From contig NW_004797526.1 of NCBI RefSeq assembly GCF_000002075.1, forward strand, positions 484,694-522,255: a DNA stretch of 37,562 nt. Direction: 5' to 3'. The position numbers and the translations under genes are program-made. The notes beneath the pieces were generated by a model, which worked only from the letters and a program-made list of their open reading frames with translations, was not told where the DNA came from and searched no databases. This DNA comes from Aplysia californica (lineage: Eukaryota). Shown here piece after piece: positions 1 to 10,390 of this stretch. Numbering within the stretch: the stretch's first letter is position 1; each line of letters opens with the position of its first letter.

Positions 1-1328
1 GGAACTGATAAAAATTCAAATAAAAGATTTCTGGCGGATCAGAAGCCAAGCTGTATGTCAAGGTTCCAGTAGACGTAGGCCCACAGTTTTTCTTTTCTTT
101 TATCTGGTGCCGTCAGTCCTTGGACTTGGACTGCCTCAGACCTGTCTCACAGACTTGAGTGTGAGTCCTCATAAAAAAGCCTTATGGGCGCCTGCCAGCC
201 TTGTGGTCATCGGGCTGATATTTAGTGATGCCAGGTATTTTGCTGGTGGGCTGGGATTGGAAGAGAAAGAATATCAAGCAGCTAAGGAATGGGTGCCATG
301 TGTGGTGTGTACTTCTGGTGGCCAGTTCGCTGGAAATCTGGCGGGGCAAATTTATAGAGTAGAACGCAACTACAGCGGGACCTTACCGGAATCACCCTTT
401 TTTTCTCTACGTAAACTCAATTACCTGTGCTCGGGTTTAGCAGGGCAAGGAAAGGCCCGAACTTGGATACAGCAAGAGAGATTGAGCAAGGTTTAGCTTG
501 GGGGAAGGGGGTTGGTGGCTGTAGGCGGGCTCCAAACAGGAAGTCAGCGGTGCGGCGTTGTGAATGTCAATGGCCAGTCCAGTGATGAGTGAGGTGGGGC
601 AGGCGGCAGAGAGAGCTGGTTTGGAGAGACGCGTTACGGGAGCCACTCCAAAAGTGATGTGCCGTAGCTTAGACGTTCAGTATGAGAGTGTATAGGCCAT
701 AGCCCTAGGCCAAAAAGTAAAAGAAGAGGAGAGCGTGTAGTGTGTGATTCATGATTCATTGAATTGCGATCGTTGATGCTCACTGGCATACGCATGCATC
801 CACTTCACCAATTCTACAGTTGCCCTTCTGGTACGATAGACAGCTCAAGCAACGAAACTGAGAAAAAGATGGCTTCCAACAAGGACAAAAGGAAATGCTT
901 CTCACTCGAATTAAAAGCTGAGATAATCAACGAAGTTGACAAGAAAAGGAAGACTAATCAAAAGCGCAAATTTTTATTGATATGGAAGGGAGGTATTCAT
1001 GTGGATTTTTAGAAAATTTTAGGTAATTTCCCCTTTGCATTCCTATAGCGGGAACTCGCTTACAGCGATATTTTTTTTCTGGAACAAAATGTCCCGCTAT
1101 AGCCATGTTCTACTATATTAGTTTAATATATATCTAGATCTTTAATTATAATAAGGACCTTACAACTGGAGCGGATAGCCATGTAAAAGCACAAATACTA
1201 TGTTTATACAGGCATTCCTTTTCGTACAATGGCAGAACGTGGTTGTAAGCGGGGCTGGTGGTATAACGTAGGAGAGGGGTGGGGGGGGGGGGGGGGGGTT
1301 GGTGGTGGTTATAACGAGGTTTGACAGT
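1..1328. mobile_element. Right part of a long-TIR non-autonomous DNA transposon (copy A; left end outside the window), interrupted by a nested Tigger-like element
   Basis: 1-245 aligns by eye with 7580-7795. 250-356 plus 1116-1328 aligns with about 7960-8196 and with the reverse complement of about 6091-6415. Terminus ...gaggtttgacag-TA. Confidence 0.75.
357..1115 (+). mobile_element. Internally deleted Tigger/pogo-like DNA transposon relic
   Basis: Degenerate TIRs (gagtagaacgcaactacagcgggac / gtcccgctatagccatgttctacta) with TA on both sides. Internal MASNKDKRKCFSLELKAEIINEVDKKRK (about 869-955) resembles the CENP-B/psq HTH N-terminus of Tigger transposases. Confidence 0.78.
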
Positions 1329-1659
1329 ACATGTAGTGAATGTAGTGATTACCTGCAAGGTAAATGTTCTTTTGCCAGGTTACGGCTTGTCTCAAGATCA
1401 GTTTCCTGCCAGTAAACAAGACATAGCATTCATAGGTTCTGCCTCACTGACTCACTGTAGCTGGTACCATACATTGTTGCAAGACTCAACTGAAAAGAAG
1501 TCTGGTCTCATTGCTCTCTTATTACCTAAAAATGAAGGAGAATGCACGACTTCCACAGAGGGACAAAATTCCACTTGCCGTCTCAATCAAGGTTGAATTG
1601 GAGATCAGCTAGTTGCCTTTTATATATGACAGGTGCCACTTTAAAATCATAATTTTCAT

Positions 1660-2535
1660 GTTTGGTCTTAAAAGAACATTACATTACGAAGTGATATTCG
1701 ACACTACCCACTTATCAACATGTCTTATGGACATAACACTCTATAGAAAAGTGACATTAACATGCAGACAGAGTGGAGTCACCTTCCCCGCACCTTTTTC
1801 CCGTCTGGCCCCAATTAGGGGAGCAGCAGGTTTAATTTACAGGAAAAGCGCTGTGAGCGACAGAGTCGAGTCACCAACCTCTCACCTCCCCTTTTTGAGG
1901 CAAGTCCCCTCCAAGCGCCAAAAAAAGGTTGGTGACTGAATTTTAAAGCAGCACTAAAATTTCTCGCACATTCAGTAACCAAAAACCTTTTTGCATCAGA
2001 AGTTGAAACGTAGAAGTTGTCATTCTATGTGTGACAGACATGTTTCCTCGAAAGGACTTGCTCCATTAAATGATGATATTCACCATACTTATTACGACGT
2101 TGGTATATTTTGTGAACCCCAGTAACGGCATCTGTTCAGCATTCGTTTTCTGAAACTCAACCAATATAAAACCATCCACTGAAATATTTCTTCGTCCATC
2201 TTGCACAGACAGGGCTAGGCCAGCCTAGAAAACATTTTTACTTTGAGAAAATGTAATAACAATCACGAACACTGATTCAAAAGAGCGAAGATGTCACCCC
2301 TTCATAGGGGACGTCGGGGGAGGGGAGAGGCCTTCATTCTGTCGCCGACTTTCCTCTCCCCTAAAGGGGAGTGGAGAGGCTTGGGTTAGCTCCAGAAAGG
2401 TGACTACTCAGTCTCTACCTTTAGAAGCTACACACTTACCAAAATGTCTTATGAACATTACACTCTATAGAAAAGTGATATTAGACACTACACATTTTCC
2501 AAAATGTCTTATGGTGAGTACACTTTTTGTAAGAT
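1660..2535. repeat. Degenerate ~60-bp tandem repeat (acactacacactt..aaaatgtcttatg.acattacactctatagaaaagtgatatt) split by an insertion
   Basis: Units are visible at about 1700-1760, 2428-2484 and 2485-2535, with a partial unit at about 1660-1700. Confidence 0.7.
1767..2415. mobile_element. MITE-like TIR element inserted in the tandem repeat
   Basis: Ends agacagagtggagtcacctt / aaggtgactactcagtct are inverted repeats. An internal hairpin agtcaccaacct...aggttggtgact is present at about 1869-1937. Confidence 0.6.
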
Positions 2536-2609
2536 GAACTCACAGCCAACTGCCTTTGCCCTATAATTTCTCGGGACAAATGATCGTCAAACTTCAAAAC
2601 TTGCAGAAC

Positions 2610-2735
2610 TCGCACTCAAGAGGTTTGAGCCTCAGCACGGTCCGACATTGTGTCCTTGAGAAAGGCACTTTACAGTACCAAATTCCCATTTGGTTCGGCC
2701 CTTTCGGATATACGTTAAACTCCGAGGTCACACCT
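2610..2735 (+). mobile_element. SINE fragment (central core-like domain)
   Basis: ttgtgtccttgagaaaggcacttta and ttcggatatacgttaaactccgaggtc resemble conserved core motifs of invertebrate tRNA-derived SINEs (recognised from memory, not searched). Confidence 0.5.
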
Positions 2736-5700
2736 CTTAAATAACCTAACAGTGTTAAACCCATACCATTTTCACCAGTTTTTCACACTTAAGTCTATGC
2801 GACTAGAGAACAAAACACTCACGAAATATCAGAAAGCAAACACTGCTCTATGAATGATAAAATTTATTTGCACAAAACAATGAATAACAATGCAGAAAGT
2901 GGACAGTGGAAAGGTAGATAAGTCACATGGATGTACATGTACTAAAAAGTGACATTTTTACAAAGCAGTGACATTATGTCTCTTCTTCCTTCAATATTCC
3001 AGAGAGTCTCTCTCTCTCTCTAAATGGTGGGTGCCTTGTGGCTTTCAGAACTTATTGGTCTGTGCCAAATTGTTACCATGTCCATAGGAAAGACACTGCT
3101 GATCACTTTACCTCATACAATAATAAAGAGCAAAGAATATCCAAGATTTCCGGAAATCAGAAACGCCTCAATATCCTGAAAAGTGGTATTTGAACCCAAA
3201 TGGTCCCTTTTCCTGAGTCAGTACTCACAAAAACTGCTGATTGCATATATACACTCCGTTTCATCTCTTCTACACAGTAATTTATACAAACTGTAAAGGT
3301 CTGGCAGCTTCAGTCAATACAAGTGGAAAAAGGTGACCACCAGCGTCCAGACAAGGACATTACTGCCACAACTGCAGCTCGTGCGACAAAACGAAATCCC
3401 ATACATATTGTTATTACAGTAGGTAATACGTGGTGATGGAATCTTCATCAGAGTACACACACACACACACAGATACAAAACACAAGGGTGGGAGCTGAAA
3501 AAAAGCTAACAAAAGTGAAGCTAATAATGGACAGCATACATCACAGTAGCCCTTAAAATAAAGTGTCTTTTCACATGTTTCACAATCCCAATAAAGAAAA
3601 AAATCCCTTTCAATAGCAGCAATAGCTCTGTCCCCTTCCCACCTGCCAAATGGTAGAAAAGATCAATATCTAAGGACATTATTGAAAGACATCCATAAAA
3701 TACTCGCAATTCCATATTATGTGCAAAATGTGTCTTGAAGTCCACACATTTCAATGTACACCTGAATGGCACACAAGAAGTAAGTTGCGATGCGCACAGT
3801 GAACACAACAGCCAGTCTTCCCGAGGGCCAATTCATATATGTATATATTTTTAGCTCCAACAAAAAGTCAAAGAGGACACAAGTCACATGGTATAAAGCT
3901 GAAAAAGGCCACCATTATGCTGATGTTTAGACTGTGGTTTTATTCCCTTTCATCATCCGAAAAAAAAAGCGTATGTTTTCGCAATTGCAAACCAGGTTGG
4001 GAAATCGGGTTAAAATTTAAAATGTGTAGGTTTAGAAAATTAGACATGCTCTGAAGATTACTCAGTTTTACTTATGAAGAAAAAAAAGATTAATATCTTC
4101 TGTGTCAACACTAGACTTCCTCACTTTGAAGAGTTGCAGTACAAGTTCTCGAATATAATCCTGCGACAGGCCTGGTTCACCCGGAGAACGAGCTTCGTGC
4201 TCAGTTTGGCAAGAGCATTATCACCCCTTTTAACACAACTTTCTTATTCACAATTATAAAAAGATTTTACGGAAAGTAAGTGGACTTTTCTGGTGGAAGT
4301 GGAAGTCACCTGTACATCTCGCTGAGTTTTAATTAATCAAACACACCTGTGAGCAACCTTTTATTTACCATGGTCATCTCAAACCAAAATTTTCTTTGAT
4401 CATATTTTACTGATACCAAGAAAGTATACAGAAATTGAAATTTCTGACAATCTCATTAACCTGAAAAACAAAAATAAGAGAGAAATGTAAGAGGAAATAA
4501 TACTTGCCCCTATTCCGTCGAAGTTTGTGATGAGCCACCATGATAAGGGCTATATGGATTGACAGGACTATTTAGGGCAAGATATACTCAAAAAAAGTAA
4601 AAGACCAAATTAGAGTGCCAACCAACCACCTGAGATTTCGATAAGAGCCAAAAAGTGGCGAGCAGAAGTGAAACAAACACGACAAAAACCCATGATTTCA
4701 GCCAATTTCTCTTTTCAAAGTGTAATAATACTACGACTTGGCTATTTTCCTGAGACATCCTCCTTTCTGTGTGCACAGAAAGGGCACCTAAAACCAACAA
4801 AGCAGCTGGCAATTCACAAGTAAGTTTACTTAATTACCTTACACGCCAAAAGACACACAATTCATCTTTTTTCAAACGCTGGGTGGTGAAAGATGAAACT
4901 AAAACTACCATAAAATCTTCCTGTTTTGGTGTCAAATTTTTCCTGACAAAAACATTTCCAGATGTTGATACTTTTGACAAAGTAAGAAAAATCATTAAAA
5001 TCCTAACCAAACTGGAATATAAAAAAAAAAATTAAGCAGCCTGATTCCATGTGACTTGATCATCATTCGGACTGGTTGTGAGTCCAATCATGTGAAGATA
5101 CAGAGGGCATGAACACAGTCACTCTGAGCAACAGTTGGAGAACCTCCACATCTCCACCACACAAAAAGTGCCTTCCTTGCTACCACGTGTATATCGCTCA
5201 ACCATCTAATTTACAACAAAGTCGAGTCCAAAAAAAGTTACATCATATCAATACAATAAAATTCGTATAGTACTGAGATAAAGCGAGATGACAGAGAAAA
5301 TCTTGAAAGAATATTTCAGAAGTAGCATATTTTGCTAAACTGACAGATTAAGATAGGCCTACAAAAAAGAACAGGCAAGAGCCAAAACAAATTTTTTTTA
5401 AACTGCAAATCATCAGATTTTGAGACTGATTGAAAAGAAATGAGGCATTCTCAGCTTCTCACTCAACTTGGAAATACACTTTCATAATATTTTGTCTCTT
5501 TTACAACATTTACCAGTTCTCTAAAAAAAAACATATTTTTAGGACAATATTATTGAGCTCTGCTCAAAGATAGAAAACTGAAAACATCCTGGGATTTTTT
5601 TTTTAAAAGACAGGCATTTCAAAATTTGTCAGCTAGCACTTGGCCTTTATCATTATACCCAGTGCTGCCCCACAACCAATTACTTTGTTGCTCCCATCTG

Positions 5701-6617
5701 CCTTCCATTGGCAGAAGCACTGAGACTAGTGAGAGCCAGAAATGCTGTATGTGAAACTAACCTGTGTTGTGTTTGCAATGCACTCTGCACTATAAATTTT
5801 AATAAAACAGCAGCACCTTAAAAACTCAATTTAGACCCCCCAACAAAAAAAAATTGTATTCTCATCACAAGTTTGCTTTACTGTGAGAAACCAATACTGA
5901 CACCATGTATTAAGATCATACTTCATCAATGACACCTTTACAAAACCTTGAATCATAATACATGAAAAGAAAAACAAAAAGGCATGCGAACAATTGATAT
6001 TATTGATATTATTAACCCTACAACGGTCGCCTGCTGAATATATCAGCCAGCAAGCCTCCCCTCTGTGTTATTCTGCGGTTCGTATATATACGGTCAAACT
6101 TCATTGTACCGCCTCCCCCCATTATATCGTCAGCCCTGCTTAACGCCAGGTTTTTACCAATGTACGAAAAGGAGTGCCTGTATAAAAACATAGTGTTTGC
6201 GAGGTTTTACCAATGTACGAAAAGGAGTGCCAGAATAAACATAGTGTGTGAGCCCTCACATCGCCATCCGCCAATTGTCTGAGTTGTACGGTTCTTATTC
6301 AACTAAAGTAAATTTGCTCCACCAAAGAGCCAGCCAACTGACCGCCAGAGGTACACACTGCACACGGTGCACAACACCCACTGGTTAGCTGCTTAATAAT
6401 CTTTCTCCCACTAGTAAGACGAAGAGATAGAGAGAGAGAAGACTCTCGGCTCTGAATACATAATACACGTGCTTCCACAGTAGAATCATGTGTTCTGTGA
6501 CATTGGGCAGTTGAGGCTATACAACAGAGGAACCCGGTTGAACCGCTAGTGGAGCTATTCCACCAACATCATGCTCGTTCCAAGGGTGGCGGTACCCGTA
6601 TTTCGAGGCTTGACTGA

Positions 6618-6920
6618 TTTTTGGGTCGTTTTTTTGGGTTAGTGTTTCACAAAGCTCGCAACTGCATAATAAGGTCATATAAACGGGCGGGACACACCAA
6701 TTTTCAATTGGTAGGAAATTTTGAATTTTGCCCGGGTGGCGCCCGAAGCCTACTCTTATCAATTTTAGACCACAACTTGCACATGATCCCTCCGAGATTT
6801 TTTGCCCTTGTCCAAGAAGGCTAGGTGTAGATCTTTCCTACCAGAAAATCAGGGGTGTGGCGGAATAGTAGCAGTAAGAAGGAGCCAAGGAGTAGTAGAA
6901 ATAGAAAGGCTGCTGAGAGT
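6618..6920 (-). mobile_element. SINE-like retroposon body and tail (same family as 9700-10025)
   Basis: Reverse complement aligns with 9700-10005 (shared blocks gagtaggcttcgg, ttcctacca, ctagccttct, cttggctc.ttcttactgct). T-rich tail at about 6618-6640. Confidence 0.75.
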
Positions 6921-7452
6921 ATGTCCAATCCATCACCACACCGCCTACTTCCTACCTCACCTCTGACTTGGATCTGTCTTAACACTCCCTCGTTGGTGAC
7001 CCTGTCTGTCCATCTGATCCTCAGTAACTTTCTTAGAGACTTGCTCAAGAAAACCTGGATCCTCTTTATGAAAGTCTGTGATACATTCCATATCTCAAAT
7101 CCATACAACAGGCCTGACTTCACATTTGAATTGAAAATCCTCAGCCTTCTGTCGAAGTGAGATATCACGGGTCTTCCAAATCCTATCGAAAGATATGAAA
7201 GCAGCTTACGTTTTTCCAATGCGGGACTTTATTTCAGCACCTGTTCCTCCCTCTCTGTCAATTATACACCCAAGATAGCAGAAGGATTCAACGTCTTCTA
7301 GAGCATTTCCTTCTACTCTGACCCGCTCCTTTTGTTGTGCATCTGTCCTTGGGACCTTTGACTTTCCGGGATGGGTCCTCAATCCAACAGACTCTGATAG
7401 GCTGCTTAATACTGAAGTCTTTGCTTGCATCTGTTCCTGAGTGTGTGACAGA
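6920..7452 (-). mobile_element. RTE-clade LINE ORF2 fragment (RT C-terminus), frameshifted
   Basis: QMQAKTSVL...GLRTHPGKSK...LEDVESFCYLGCII...EIKSRIGK and LRIFNSNVKSGLLYGFEIW...LRKLLRIRWTDRVTNE are typical RTE-type post-RT motifs, split over two frames. Confidence 0.9.
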
Positions 7453-9699
7453 AGTGGTAGACTGGTAGAGACTATAAAGACAAACTGTGGCCAGCCTTAG
7501 TTCATCTTTCTGTTTTGTGCAATAACCATGTGCAGCGACAAAAAACAAGTGGCAACCAAATACATGTACAGCTCCAGCTGAACTGTAGCTCAATACAAAC
7601 TGAAAATGTCTGCTGGATCAGATGCTAAGCCATAATGTGTCAAGGACCCAATATATGTACTGGGTGGGTTTTTTTCTTCTTTTTCTACCCTATACCCTGA
7701 GCGTGAGTCCTCACCATATAGAAGCAAAAGGTTCACAGGTGCCTTCCAACCTTTTGGTCATCGGGCTGATGTCAGGTGAAGCCAGATATTTTGACAACAG
7801 GCCAAGGTGACGCAGTTCCTTTTCAGTTTTTCCTGGCCATTTTAAAATTTAATTCCATTATTATTTATTTTATATTTGCCATAGCCTAAAAATAATAGCA
7901 TTTGCGTAATCAGGAGCAAATCGACGACAACCTCAAAAAAGTGCTGAGCTCGCAGAGACCTGAGTGGGAAAAAGATGATAATCAAGCAACCACCTATGGG
8001 GGCTGTGTAGCGTGTGTATTGTACCTCTGGCGCCATACAATTCAGACGGCAGATGGCGGTGTGAAGACGCAAAAATTTATTTATATAGAGGCATCCTTTT
8101 CATACATCGGCAAAACCTGGCGGTAAGCTGGGTTGGCGGTACACAGCGCGGGGGGGGGGGGGGGGGGGGGGGCGCGGTATAATAAGATTTGACTGTAAAA
8201 GGAATGCTCCTATTGTAACTCATTCAACACACTTCCAGAAAAACTATGTTATATATGTGGGTTTCGTGTTACACCCAAGCACTGTTCGAAGCCTTCAATC
8301 AGCTCTGTGAAAATGGACAAAACCTACTTGACAAAACAGGATAAATGAACTGACACTGAAAGTTGTAGGGTTAAAAAATATCAATCATCAATCACAGTAT
8401 GAACCACCACAAAACCATCCTAATTTACTTTTAGCTAACTGTATGAAAATAAAAGGATGAATTATTTGCACATGAATTTCTTCTGAAATAGACAAAAGAG
8501 AAAGTAACTTTGATAACTTAAATGCAAAGATTGATAACTATTTGCAATTTGCTTTGATGAGCTTTATTATCTCATATTTTTTTTACAAGAAAGAGCATAA
8601 TACAATGAACATTTTTGGCAGACATACGTCTGTATGAACTTCATCTGACAGAGTTATATACAATTGTTTGTTTTACATCAAAATTTGAATAATCAGAGAA
8701 TCCAAAGAGTGAAAGACATAAAATGTTTTAAGACAGGATGATGCCTGCGAAGTCAAGCCTTAACGCTTTCCTTCTTATTTGCAAATCATTTCAACCACTC
8801 TTGCATTACTAGTTTTTTAAAGCAGCAAGCAAAATGTAAAAGCAGAGTTTCGTCGAGGCATAAAAATTCATTCGCACAGTGCTGAAAAGGACAAGCTTGC
8901 ACATGTCATCTGAGCGGGCATCTATGTCTATAAGTGACTAACAAACATACACACAGACTGTTTGCTAGACTAAAGAGCAGAAAATCGACACAATGATCAT
9001 TTAGTGCCGGAAAAGAGCAAGACGGATTTTTTTAAAAACCAAACAAACAAACAGAGAAAGTAAAGAAGTAAGACCTACCAGCGGTGTCTTCCAATAACCA
9101 GCAGATAAACATAAAGAAAGACAAACAAAAATACAAGGGGGTAGAGAGAGAGCCAAACAAACATTTCTGAAAACAAAAAGTATGCATGCACAAACAGGTG
9201 CATTCATTGAATTGATTTTAAAACAAACACTCAAATATTTTAGAACTACCTAAGATTCCCCAACATTCCAGCATTTCACAGACTAAGAGATGTATCTTCA
9301 ATTTCTTTGATCCCTTTTTCCAATGCTTGAGACTGAAAACAGTACAACCTGAATAATTGTTTTAGAAAAATAGAAAGTGCACCCTGTTTGACTTGACAGA
9401 GCACAGAGAAAAAACGGGTTGAGGTAAACAGATATTGTGATATCACTGAAATGGGCAACAGAGGAATTATTTCCATATGGTGGACAACCCATGAAGTGTT
9501 CCCAGGGGGCTCTCATGGTTTAGTGTTCACCTCACATTCAATTGGTCTCAGGTTCAAAACTTGAGAGCGACGGAAATTTTTTTTCTCTAAAATGTCCCCC
9601 TGTCATCTCCTTTCCTGCTCCTAACCATGTTCTGTTGTCTGCTTTCATCTTCATTTTCTGCCTCCCCCCCCCCTTATTTTCCCCCTCCTCTGGGTTCCT

Positions 9700-10025
9700 G
9701 ACCCTTTCTGCAGACTTCCTCTTCTGCTACTTCTTGGCTCTTTCTTACTGCTGTCTTTCAGCAACACCCCTGAGTTTAGGGTAGGTAAGATCTAACACCT
9801 AGCCTTCTCGGATAAGGTAAAAAAATCTCAGAGGTCTTGTGTGCAAGTTGCGCAAGTTAAAGATCCCTTGGTGGTCCTAAGATCGATATGAGTAGGCTTC
9901 GGCCGCCATCCAGGCAAAATTCCTACCAAACTGAAAATGCTTATTGTGTACTGCACATAAATAAGACCTTATGCAGTTGTAAGAGCTGTAAAACTTTTGC
10001 CAAAAAAAAAAAAGAAGAAAAAAAA
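9700..10025 (+). mobile_element. SINE-like retroposon with A-rich tail
   Basis: Core-like cggataagg...gaggtcttgtgtgc...gttaaagatccc, 3' end gaccttatgcagttgtaagagctgtaaaac, then poly(A) at 10003-10025. A second copy lies at 6618-6920. Confidence 0.72.
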
Positions 10026-10217
10026 CAGAAGTGTTCCCTTGATTGTTCGAGCGTTTCAATGAGTAGTCTGACTAGGTCTGAGAAAATACAATTTGTTAGC
10101 CTGCATTGCTGATGTACAAATCAGTGATATAACAAACAGGCCAGTCTGGATCCGAAAACTGGGGGTGGCACCGAGAGTGCGTTAGAGAGTATGCAGTACA
10201 GGAAGTACATTGCGTGG

Positions 10218-10390
10218 NNNNNNNNNNNNNNNNNNNNNNNNNNNNNNNNNNNNNNNNNNNNNNNNNNNNNNNNNNNNNNNNNNNNNNNNNNNNNNNNNNN
10301 NNNNNNNNNNNNNNNNNNNNNNNNNNNNNNNNNNNNNNNNNNNNNNNNNNNNNNNNNNNNNNNNNNNNNNNNNNNNNNNNNNNNNNNNNN
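10218..10390. other. Assembly gap (N run)
   Basis: Run of N. Confidence 1.

Larger units (their letters stand above)
6091..8196. mobile_element. Long-TIR non-autonomous DNA transposon (copy B) with nested retroposon fragments
   Basis: Termini TA-cggtcaaact... and ...agatttgactg-TA. About 6091-6415 is an imperfect inverted repeat of about 7960-8196. Tc1/mariner/pogo-like CAGT ends and TA flanks. Confidence 0.75.

Noticed and set aside
107-646. ORFs 107..496 and 437..646
   Set aside because: They lie within or across nested transposon relics and show no protein-like motifs.
2070-2153. Possible C/D snoRNA (ATGATGA...CTGA)
   Set aside because: No terminal stem, no recognisable rRNA antisense element, and it sits inside a MITE-like insert.
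6855-7160. Plus-strand 101-aa ORF
   Set aside because: Antisense shadow of the RTE fragment.
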